Of a DNA stretch of 64,000 nucleotides, positions 53,724-61,897 are shown one piece after another. The notes beneath the pieces were generated by a model. The model did no database searches. It was given only the letters and a program-made list of their open reading frames with translations, and had not been told where the DNA came from. This stretch comes from Candidatus Eiseniibacteriota bacterium (GTDB taxonomy: Bacteria; Eisenbacteria; RBG-16-71-46; CAVPCR01), in contig CAWGMA010000001.1 in assembly GCA_963823555.1 (NCBI GenBank), forward strand, positions 928,001-992,000, in the 5' to 3' direction. A program made the position numbers and the translations under genes. How positions within the stretch are numbered: position 1 is the first letter of the stretch; each line of letters begins with the position of its first letter.

Positions 53724-54197
53724 ATGTATATCGTGCTTCTTGTCCTCCATGTCCTGATCAGCCTCACGCTCATGATCTCCGTGCTCCTGCAGTCCGGTCG
53801 CGGCGGCGGGCTCGCCGGCGCCTTCGGTGGCGGCGGCGGGAGTCAGGCCATCTTCGGCGGCCGGGGCGCGGCCACCTTCCTCACCAAGGCGACGACGGTG
53901 CTCGGCGCCAGCTTCATGGTGAGCTCTCTCCTGCTCGCCATCCTGAGCAGTCATCGCGGGGAGGGCGGGAAGAGCGCGCTCGAGCGTGCCGCCGAGCAAG
54001 CAACGGAGGAGCCGGCCGGCCTGCCCGGACCTGGCGAGAGCGGATTCCCGGGATCGCTTCCCGAAGGTGGAGCCGGTGCTCCGACCGGAGGGCCGGCGGA
54101 GTCTCCAGCAGCGGGCACCTCGGCGCCGGCATTGCCCGGTGGCAGCGCTCCGCCGACGCCACCGCCCGCAGAGCCGCCCAGCGGCGGGGGTGGATAG
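53724..54197 (+). CDS. secG: Preprotein translocase subunit SecG (Pro/Gly-rich tail)
   Basis: VLLQSGRGGGLAGAFGG...FGGRGAATFLTKAT; follows tpiA. Confidence 0.93.
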   Translation: MYIVLLVLHVLISLTLMISVLLQSGRGGGLAGAFGGGGGSQAIFGGRGAATFLTKATTVLGASFMVSSLLLAILSSHRGEGGKSALERAAEQATEEPAGLPGPGESGFPGSLPEGGAGAPTGGPAESPAAGTSAPALPGGSAPPTPPPAEPPSGGGG

Positions 54198-54281
54198 GGC
54201 GGGAGCTTCTGCGCGCGATCCACGAGGATCGCGTCACGTGATCGCGCCACCACCAGGCGCGTGATGAGAAATGAGCTTGGT

Positions 54282-54367
54282 GCCGGGATGGTGGAACCTG
54301 GTAGACACGCACGTTTGAGGGGCGTGTGGGGAAACCCGTGCGGGTTCAAATCCCGCTCCCGGCACCA
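54282..54367 (+). tRNA. tRNA-Leu (anticodon GAG)
   Basis: Acceptor GCCGGGA/TCCCGGC+ACCA; anticodon arm CACGT-TTGAGGG-GCGTG; long variable arm; T-loop GGTTCAAATCC; canonical position after secG. Confidence 0.96.
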
Positions 54368-54375
54368 CCTTTCCT

Positions 54376-54463
54376 AAGTTCCTGCCACTTCCTGCAGCCC
54401 ACTTCCGCACCGCCGGTGAAGTTTCCGCTGAAACATGGCAGGCCCTTGTTTCCGCGGAAACAT
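54376..54463. repeat. Short direct repeats and two copies of a dyad immediately 3' of tRNA-Leu
   Basis: CCACTTCC at 54385 and 54399; perfect palindrome TGTTTCCGCGGAAACA (54447-54462) and near-copy GTTTCCGCTGAAACA (54421-54435). Confidence 0.65.
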
Positions 54464-54476
54464 CGCGGTCGTGCTC

Positions 54477-56732
54477 TCACCGCACGACGAGGAGCCGCGC
54501 CGGGCGGGGAACCGCGGCGCCAGCTTCACCCGCGACCTCGATGAAGTAGACCCCCGACGGCAAGGACCTCGCCCCCACCAGCTCGGACCAGCGGACGGTG
54601 AGCCTCCCCGCCGGTCGCACCCCGAGCGCCCGCTCCCGCACCAGCCGCCCGGCGGCATCGTAGAGGTGGAGGACGGCGGGCCCATCCGCCGCCTGCGTCC
54701 ATTCGATCCGCCCCTCGGGCGTGACCGGATTGGGCTCCACCCTGAGCACGAGCGGCGGCACCGGGGCGGCGGGCTCGGCCGCCACCCCGATCGGGGCGGC
54801 GCAGCCGACCTCGAGCGCGCCGACGAGCCCGCACCCCGTGGGGGAGTGGGCCGCGGCGCAGGGTGAGGTCTCGGCGAGGGTGAAGTCGCCGCCGGCCACG
54901 TCGCAGAAGAGAGGATCTTCAGAGAAGCAGCCATTCAACCCGTACTGGTCGGCGATGCAGCCCACCCAGTCGCCGCCGGCGTTGCCATGGATGTCGGTGC
55001 AGGTGAGGACCGGGATCGTCTGGAGGCAGTTCACCGCCGCGCCCTGGGTGCCGAGAGCGATGATCGTGTTGTTGACGCTGATGGTGAGGAGCTCATAGGC
55101 GACATCAAGGCCGCTGCCGAATTCGGCACCGTTCCGGACGAACGTCAGGTGATCGAGGACGACCTCCCCCTGCACCTGGCCGGCCGTGATCCGCGCCCCG
55201 CCGCCGATCGTGGCCGTGTTGCCGTCGAACAGGCAACGCTCGACGCGAGCGGGCTCGCTCATGGGCTCGGGCCCCGAGCCGGTGCGCAGGTACAGGCCGC
55301 CACCCTGGGTGGACCAGTTGCCCGCGAACCGGCAGTCGCGAATGGTGGCCGTCCTCTGGCTTGTGCTCCGGTACAGGCCGCCACCATATTGCACCGCCGT
55401 GTTCTCCACGAACTCGCAGTCGGCGACGGTCAGAGTATCGCCCGAGGTGTAGAGGCCACCGCCGCCAATGGCGGCGTGGTTCCGCATGAAGGTGCAGCGC
55501 TCGATGACGGTCGATCGCGGCCAGCCCGAGGCGCGGAGGCCGCCGCACACGTGGTCGCTCGTGTTGTCGGTGAAGGTGCAATCCTCGATGCGAAGCGGCT
55601 CCCCGCTGACGCTGAGGCCGCCATAGGCACCCTCGGCGTGGTTCCCCGTGAACTCGCAGCGGGCGATGACGATGGGGTCATCCGAATGCAGGTAGGCGCC
55701 GCCACCGTACTGGCCGTTGCCGGGCCCGCCGCCCACGGCCTGATTCCCGGTGAAGACGCAGTCGGACATCGCGATTGCCGGTGCCTGTCTCCAGGTGATG
55801 CCGCCCCCGCCCCGGGGATCGGGGTTCCGGCGCGTGAGCGCCATGTTCTCCGTGAAGCTCGAGCGGGTGAGGGCGAGCGATGAGCTGTCGCCCCAGATGC
55901 CGCCGCCCGAGTAGCCGGCGAGGTTGCCCGTGAAGGTGCACTCGTCGACGGTGAGCGTCGAGCCCTCGAGGCAGTAGATCCCGGCCCCCTCCTGGCTCGT
56001 GTTGGCCTCGAATGCGCAGCCGGAGAGCGCGAGCACCGAGCTCCGGCAGTAGATGGCACCGGCGAGATTGAGGGCCGCGTTCTCCGTGAACGTGCAGTCG
56101 ATCGCGCTCGCGCTCGACCCCCCCGTCAGGAAGAGCCCGGCGCCGTGCCCCGCCATGTTGGCGCTGAACTCGACGCGCGTGAAGGTGGGGGTGGCTCCCG
56201 CCTCGGCGTACACCGCACCACCCCAGTTGTCGGCCGCGTTTCCCGTGAGGGTGCAATCCTCGAACACGGAGGCCGACTGGGCGAGGAAGACGGCGCCGCC
56301 GGTGTTGGCCTGGCAGGTGGTGACGATGCAGTCGCGCACGGTCGGGGAGGCACCCGAGATGTAGAACGCTCCACCGTAGCCCAGGGCGGAGCGGCCGCCG
56401 CGGATCGTGAAGCCCTCGACCACCGCCCCCGCCGGCTCCCCATCATCGAAGAGGAAACACTGCGCCGCGTTCCCGGCGTCGATCGTGGTCGCGCCCGGTG
56501 CGGTGGCCGAGCGCAAGACGACCGCCTTGCCGGCGAAATCGAGGTCCCGGTTGCCGGTCCCCGAGTAGGTCCCGGCGGCGACGAGGACGGTATCCCCGGA
56601 GGATGCCGCGGTGAGGCCGGCCTGGATCGTCGGCTGGTCGGCGGGGACGTGGATCGTGGCGGCGGAGGCGGCGCTGGCGGCGAGGAGGATGACCGCCAGG
56701 CAGAAGGTCACTCTGGCCATGGTGGGCCTCAT
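54477..56732 (-). CDS. Secreted right-handed parallel beta-helix (polymorphic membrane protein-like repeats) with FlgD/T9SS-CTD-like C-terminus
   Basis: Signal peptide; TIHVPADQPTIQAG; many C-x-F-x-x-N-x-A...GGG repeats; DPLFCD; VEPNP...LYDAAGRLVR...PSGVYFI...RLLVVR. Confidence 0.88.
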   Translation of the reverse strand: MRPTMARVTFCLAVILLAASAASAATIHVPADQPTIQAGLTAASSGDTVLVAAGTYSGTGNRDLDFAGKAVVLRSATAPGATTIDAGNAAQCFLFDDGEPAGAVVEGFTIRGGRSALGYGGAFYISGASPTVRDCIVTTCQANTGGAVFLAQSASVFEDCTLTGNAADNWGGAVYAEAGATPTFTRVEFSANMAGHGAGLFLTGGSSASAIDCTFTENAALNLAGAIYCRSSVLALSGCAFEANTSQEGAGIYCLEGSTLTVDECTFTGNLAGYSGGGIWGDSSSLALTRSSFTENMALTRRNPDPRGGGGITWRQAPAIAMSDCVFTGNQAVGGGPGNGQYGGGAYLHSDDPIVIARCEFTGNHAEGAYGGLSVSGEPLRIEDCTFTDNTSDHVCGGLRASGWPRSTVIERCTFMRNHAAIGGGGLYTSGDTLTVADCEFVENTAVQYGGGLYRSTSQRTATIRDCRFAGNWSTQGGGLYLRTGSGPEPMSEPARVERCLFDGNTATIGGGARITAGQVQGEVVLDHLTFVRNGAEFGSGLDVAYELLTISVNNTIIALGTQGAAVNCLQTIPVLTCTDIHGNAGGDWVGCIADQYGLNGCFSEDPLFCDVAGGDFTLAETSPCAAAHSPTGCGLVGALEVGCAAPIGVAAEPAAPVPPLVLRVEPNPVTPEGRIEWTQAADGPAVLHLYDAAGRLVRERALGVRPAGRLTVRWSELVGARSLPSGVYFIEVAGEAGAAVPRPARLLVVR

Positions 56733-56851
56733 TGGCGGGTCAGCTCTGGAACGGGCTGCGGTTCAGCCGCGTATGCCATGAGTCATAGCCCCGTGTCCAG
56801 GGGCTGTCAAGGCTCGTGCTAAGATCCCCGACCCAAGGAGAACCAACGGCC

Positions 56852-58059
56852 ATGTCGTTTGACCATCGTCCTTCGGCGCTCGTTCGCGTGTCGCCCCTGT
56901 TGCTCTTCCTTGCCGGCGTCGTCGCCGGCGCGATCTGGAGCCCGCGTGCGACGCCCGAGGCCCTGCGCGATCGCGCCGCGCTGGAGGCCCGGACGACCGA
57001 AGCCGCGACCACGGGCGAGGCGCCATCTCCCGGCTCCGTTCCCGTCGCCGCGACCGCGCCCCAGACCGTCCCTGATGTCGCGCGTCACGGGCTCTCGAAC
57101 GAGGAGCGGGAGACGATCGAGCTCTTCCGCGAGGCCTCGCCCGCGGTCGTCTACATCACATCGATGGTCGTCCGCCGGGACATGTTCACCTTGAACGTGC
57201 TCGAGATTCCCCAGGGCACGGGCTCGGGCTTCCTGTGGGACGGCGACGGTCACGTCGTCACCAACTACCATGTGATCCACGGCGCGACCGGGCGCAGGTC
57301 ACGCTCTCCGACAACTCGACCTGGGAGGCCAAGCTCGTCGGCACGGCGCCCGAGAAGGATCTCGCGGTCCTGCGCATCGAGGCGCCGCGCGAGCGCCTGC
57401 AGCCGATCCAGGTCGGGAACTCGGGCGATCTCCTGGTCGGCCAGAAGGTGCTCGCCATCGGCAACCCCTTCGGGCTCGACCAGACGCTCACGACCGGCAT
57501 CATCAGCGCGCTCGGGCGCGAGATCGAGTCGGTGACGAGGATCCCGATCCGGGACGTCGTCCAGACCGATGCCGCGATCAATCCCGGCAACTCGGGCGGT
57601 CCGCTCCTCGATTCCGCCGGTCGCCTGATCGGCGTCAACACCGCCATCTACAGCCCTTCGGGCGCCTATGCCGGGATCGGCTTCGCGATCCCGGTCGATA
57701 CCGTGAAGTGGGTGGTGCCGGACCTGATCACCCACGGCAAGGTCGTGCGCGCCACCCTCGGCGTTCATCTGGCCGCGCTCCAGGTAGGGCGGCGTCTGGG
57801 CATCGAAGGGGCTCTGGTGCTCGATGTCGTCCCCGGGAGCGGGGCTGAGCGCGCCGGGATCAAGCCCACCCGCCGTGATGCCCGTGGTCAGGCCTTGCTC
57901 GGTGACGTCATCGTCGCCATCGACGGCGAGGCGGTGAAGGACAACAACGATCTGATCCTGCTTCTCGAGACGAAGAAGGCAGGGGATCGCGTTCAGGTCG
58001 AGCTCATGCGCGACGGCCGGCGCGAGGCGGTCATGGTCACGCTCACCTCGTCCGACTAG
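56852..58059 (+). CDS. HtrA/Deg-family serine protease with one PDZ domain (-1 frameshift near 57284-57286)
   Basis: GTGSGFLWD..VTNYHVI (His), KDLAVL (Asp), QTDAAINPGNSGGPL (Ser), PDZ GDVIVAIDG. Confidence 0.92.
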
Positions 58060-58102
58060 ACGGGTCGAGCCGTGGTTCCCCTCCGGCCGCGTAAGAGGCT
58101 CG

Positions 58103-58516
58103 TCACTCTCCGGTGATCGTCACCAGGATCCGGCGCGATCGGCGCGGGCCATCGAAGTCGCAGAGGAACACGTTCTGCCAGGTGGAGAGCGCGAGCTCAC
58201 CGCCGCGGATCGGGATCACCTCGCTCGGCCCGACCAGCCCCGCCTTGATGTGGGCAGCCCCGTTGTCGTCGACGCGGTCGTGGCGCCATGAGCCTTCGGG
58301 GATGAGGCCCGAGAGGCAATCGATGACATCGAGCGTGATCTGCGGGTCGTCGTTCTCCTGCACCATGAGGGCTGCCGTGGCGCCATGGGCGTAGAGGGCG
58401 CAGATTCCATTCTCGACGCCGGCGCGGGCGACCTCCGCGCGTACGGCGGCCGTGACGTCGACGAGCTCCTGCTCGGCCCGGGTCGCAACCTCGATCTCGG
58501 CGGTGTGAATCTTCAT
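58103..58516 (-). CDS. YjbQ/UPF0047 family protein (secondary thiamine-phosphate synthase-like)
   Basis: VDVT, TAALMVQEN.DP, HDRVDDNGAAHIKA, LSTWQNVFLCDFDGPR. Confidence 0.9.
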   Translation of the reverse strand: MKIHTAEIEVATRAEQELVDVTAAVRAEVARAGVENGICALYAHGATAALMVQENDDPQITLDVIDCLSGLIPEGSWRHDRVDDNGAAHIKAGLVGPSEVIPIRGGELALSTWQNVFLCDFDGPRRSRRILVTITGE

Positions 58517-58530
58517 CGGCCAATCGTCCA

Positions 58531-59826
58531 TCAGGGAAGGAGACGACGCTTCTTGGCCGCCTGCGTGAGCTCCTCATGGAACTGCGGATGCGCGATCGCG
58601 ATCAGGGCCTCGGCACGCTCGCGGAGGTTCCTGCCGAAGAGATGCGCGACGCCGAACTCGGTCACCACGTAGTGGACGTCCGCCCGCGTGGTCACCACCC
58701 CGGCCCCCTCCTTGAGGAAGTTGACGATGCGCGACAGCTTGCCGTCGCGTGCCGTCGAGGTGAGGGCGATGATCGGCCGCCCGCCCTTCGACTGGGCCGC
58801 ACCACGGATGAAATCCACCTGGCCGCCGAAGCCCGAGTAGATCATGGGGCCGATCGAGTCCGAGCAGACCTGTCCGGTGAGATCCACCTCGAGGGCGGAG
58901 TTGATGGCCACGATGTTGTCGTTCTGGCTCACGAAGAACGGATTGTTGACGTACTCGCAGGGATGGGCCTCGAACATGGGGTTGTTATGCAGGTACTCGT
59001 AGAGCCGCTGTGATCCGAAGGCGAAGGTGAGGATCACCTTGCCTGGATGGAAGGACTTCTTGCGGCCGGTGATGATGCCCTTCTCGACGGCTTCCATCAC
59101 CCCATCGGAGACCATCTCGGTGTGGATGCCCAGATCCCGCTTTCCCTCGAGCTCCTTCAGCACGGCATCGGGCACGCCGCCGATTCCAAGCTGCAACGTG
59201 GCGCCGTCGGGAATCAGCGGTGCGATGTGCTTGGCGATCTGCGCCTCGACCGCGGTGATCTCCCTCCGCGGTAGCTCCGGGAGGGGAGCCGAGTGCTCGA
59301 CGATGTGAGTCATCTGGGACACATGGATGAAGGAGTCACCCAGCACGCGCGGCATATGCTCGTTGACCTGGGCGATGATGATGCGCGCGCAGTCGACGGC
59401 GCCCTTGGTGCCCAGGATCTCCACGCCGAAGCTGCAGAAACCGTGCTCGTCCGGCGGTGAGACCTGGATGATGGCGACATCGAGCGGAATGATCCCGTCG
59501 CGGAAGAGCCGCGGGATCTGATGCAGGAAGACGGGAACGTAATCGGCCCGGCCCTCGTTGATGGCGGCACGGTCGGCCGGTCCCACGAACAGGCTGTTGT
59601 GGCGGAAGCGGCCCTCGTGCTCGGGCTTGATCGGGTCCTTGCCGATCAGGAGCACGTGGTTGAGCTGGACATCGTGGAGCTGGCCATCCCGCTCGGTCAG
59701 GGCCTCGATCAGCGGGAACGGCGTGGCCGCATTCCCGCTGTAGTAGATGCGCTGGCCGCTCTCGACGATGGCGACCGCCTTCTCGGGCGTGGTGAGCTTC
59801 GCTTTGTAACTCTCGAACCAGGACAT
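58531..59826 (-). CDS. Acetyl-CoA hydrolase/transferase family (4-hydroxybutyrate CoA-transferase-like)
   Basis: SPPDEHG, TLQLGIG, HTEM, INSALEVDLTGQV, SGFGGQVDFIRGA, VTEFG, IAHP. Confidence 0.92.
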   Translation of the reverse strand: MSWFESYKAKLTTPEKAVAIVESGQRIYYSGNAATPFPLIEALTERDGQLHDVQLNHVLLIGKDPIKPEHEGRFRHNSLFVGPADRAAINEGRADYVPVFLHQIPRLFRDGIIPLDVAIIQVSPPDEHGFCSFGVEILGTKGAVDCARIIIAQVNEHMPRVLGDSFIHVSQMTHIVEHSAPLPELPRREITAVEAQIAKHIAPLIPDGATLQLGIGGVPDAVLKELEGKRDLGIHTEMVSDGVMEAVEKGIITGRKKSFHPGKVILTFAFGSQRLYEYLHNNPMFEAHPCEYVNNPFFVSQNDNIVAINSALEVDLTGQVCSDSIGPMIYSGFGGQVDFIRGAAQSKGGRPIIALTSTARDGKLSRIVNFLKEGAGVVTTRADVHYVVTEFGVAHLFGRNLRERAEALIAIAHPQFHEELTQAAKKRRLLP

Positions 59827-60963
59827 CTAGGACCGCACCTCCCCCCCCATGAGCGACTCGATCGGGCGGTAGTCGACTCCGAAAACGCTGGCAATGGTCT
59901 CGTTGGTGATGGTGCCGCGGTACATGGGTGTTCCCCGGGCCAGGGCCGGCTCGGCTGCGAGCGCCGCTTCGAGCCCGTGCTCCCCGATCGCCTCCAGGTA
60001 GTCGATGTGACCCAGGGTCAGCGCCTTGCTCGCCGTGCGCGGTATGTCGGCGGTCATGTTCGGCACGCAGTAGTAGACAACGCCCTCGAGGACGAACGTC
60101 GGGTTGTCGATCGTGGTCGGCCGGCTGGTCTCGAAGCATCCGCCCTGGTCGATCGAGAGATCGACCACGACCGATCCCGGACGCATGCCAAGGGCCATGT
60201 CCCTGGTCACGATGTAGGGGGAGGGGCCTCCAGGCGGCAGGAGGACCGCGCCGATCGCCACGTCCGCAATCTTGAGAAACCGCGTGATGGTGTCGCGATC
60301 AGGTTTGCTGGTGACGACCTGGCCCCTCGACTCGCTCTTCACCCGGCGGAGCTTGTCCAGGTCCTTGTCGAGGACGATGACGTGGGCTCCGGTTCCGAGC
60401 GCGGCCTCGGCAGCTGCGCGACCCGCCGTTCCAGCCCCCAGGATGAGCACGGTGGCCGGCGGCAGACCGGGTGCGGCGCCGAGGAGGACTCCCCGGCCGC
60501 CGCTTTCGCGCTGCAGGAGATAGGCCGCGGTGTGGATGGTCATCTGACCGGCCAGCTCGCTCATGGACTCGAGCACCGGGCGCCGCCCGTCCTCCTCCTC
60601 GATCGTCTCGTAGCCGATGGCCGTCAAGCGCCGCTCGCGCATCTCGGCGACGACGGCCCGCGGCTGCACCGACAGGTGCCAGAAGGCCATGTGGATCTGT
60701 TCCTCGGTGGTGAGGACGATCTCGTCCATGGTCGGCGCGGTCACGCCGAGGACGACCTGGGCTCGGCCGTACACCTCCTCGCGGCGAAAGACGATCTCCG
60801 CTCCGGCCTCGAGATAGGCCGCATCCGGGAAGTGGCTGGCATCCCCGGCTTGAGTTTCGATGAATACGCGGTGGCCCAGCGCGACGAGCGTGCGCACACC
60901 GCGCGGCGTCAAGCCGACACGGTGCTCGGTTCGATGCCGCTCGACAGGGACGCCAAAGTCCAT
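59827..60963 (-). CDS. Alanine dehydrogenase-like protein (AlaDh/PNT family) with divergent active site
   Basis: EHRVGLTP, GYETI, GVLLGAAPG, ILGAGTAG, VDLSIDQGGCFETSRPTT, YCVPNM; KVKEP is replaced by GVTAP. Confidence 0.85.
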   Translation of the reverse strand: MDFGVPVERHRTEHRVGLTPRGVRTLVALGHRVFIETQAGDASHFPDAAYLEAGAEIVFRREEVYGRAQVVLGVTAPTMDEIVLTTEEQIHMAFWHLSVQPRAVVAEMRERRLTAIGYETIEEEDGRRPVLESMSELAGQMTIHTAAYLLQRESGGRGVLLGAAPGLPPATVLILGAGTAGRAAAEAALGTGAHVIVLDKDLDKLRRVKSESRGQVVTSKPDRDTITRFLKIADVAIGAVLLPPGGPSPYIVTRDMALGMRPGSVVVDLSIDQGGCFETSRPTTIDNPTFVLEGVVYYCVPNMTADIPRTASKALTLGHIDYLEAIGEHGLEAALAAEPALARGTPMYRGTITNETIASVFGVDYRPIESLMGGEVRS

Positions 60964-60980
60964 GTCCCACCCTCCTCCTT

Positions 60981-61499
60981 TCAGGCTACAGCGAAATCGA
61001 TCTGCGCTCGGATCCCAAGGTGATCGGGAGCAGCGAGCGCGGCTGCTCTTCCGGTGGTTGCAGATGCCGTTTGCCAGAGCATGATCAAGACCAGAATCGC
61101 GCGCCCGGTCCAGGCGATGGTGCGAATCCAGTTGGTGCCGACCAGTCGGGCGAGTGCCTGAGGGTCGAATCCCCGCTCGAGTCGACGATGCGCCGGCACC
61201 TGCAGGAAGGCCGTGGAGAGCCAGATCGTGACGAGCAGGAAGGCGCCGGTCCAGAGCACCGCATCCACAACGCCAGGAGGACGGAGGGCGAAGAGCACGC
61301 CGGCGGTCACTCCTTCGAGGATCATGAGCGGGCCGACCACACGCCCGGTGCGATGCTGGTGCTCGTGCTGGTGTCTAGCGAAGTGAGGGGAGTCGACGAG
61401 AGCAAAGAGAGGGTAATGAACGATCTGGACGAACCAGATGATGCCCGCCATGGCGAGGGTCGCCCCCGCATGGATGAGAAGCATGAAGGTAGGCGTCAT
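60981..61499 (-). CDS. Conserved hypothetical membrane protein (about 4 TM)
   Basis: GIIWFVQIVHYPLF, VVGPLMILE, QVPAHRRL, LVGTNWIRT. Confidence 0.75.
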   Translation of the reverse strand: MTPTFMLLIHAGATLAMAGIIWFVQIVHYPLFALVDSPHFARHQHEHQHRTGRVVGPLMILEGVTAGVLFALRPPGVVDAVLWTGAFLLVTIWLSTAFLQVPAHRRLERGFDPQALARLVGTNWIRTIAWTGRAILVLIMLWQTASATTGRAAALAAPDHLGIRAQIDFAVA

Positions 61500-61653
61500 C
61501 CTCGCAATCCCCGCACCTCCGCCGCACCGCCGGCAGAATGAGGGTGGTCACTCCTGCTGCCGGCTGAAACCAACTGTGCAGCATAGCAGGCCCTGGTGGC
61601 GGCCGCGAGGTCGCCGTTGCGCATGACAGCGCCGGCCCGGAGGCGGAAGATCG

Positions 61654-61671
61654 TGACATGACCTCATGTCA
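61654..61671. promoter_or_regulatory. Palindromic site, candidate enhancer (UAS) for a sigma54 activator
   Basis: TGACATGA-CC-TCATGTCA perfect dyad about 135 bp upstream of the -24/-12 element. Confidence 0.6.
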
Positions 61672-61805
61672 TGCGGCTCCCTCCGGCGGTGACGCATTGT
61701 CCGGGGCTGAGCTCGGGACCATGACACATCCCCGTGCCGGCGCCGCTCCTGCCCGGGCAATTCATATCCGCACAATATGATAGACAATCGCCCAGGGTCC
61801 GGATT

Positions 61806-61821
61806 TGGCACGAGCGCTGCA
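61806..61821 (+). promoter_or_regulatory. sigma54 (-24/-12) promoter for the multiheme cytochrome gene
   Basis: TGGCACGAGCGCTGCA: GG-N10-GC with perfect TGGCACG. Confidence 0.7.
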
Positions 61822-61897
61822 ACTCGGAGAGGCTCGAGACAGCCGCGCCACGGCCCCGTCGCCATGGTTGCTGCTGGCCCCCCCCAGGAGGTGCTCC

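Noticed and set aside
56781..56825. Divergent promoter elements and a small dyad between the beta-helix gene and htrA
   Set aside because: Minus-strand TTGACA-17-TATGAC and plus-strand TGcTAAGAT are plausible but ordinary; the 6-bp dyad is too short to call an operator.
57280..57295. Split HtrA as two genes or a pseudogene
   Set aside because: One missing base rejoins the His and Asp/Ser halves of the catalytic triad; same error class as in the nucleotidyltransferase near 22170.
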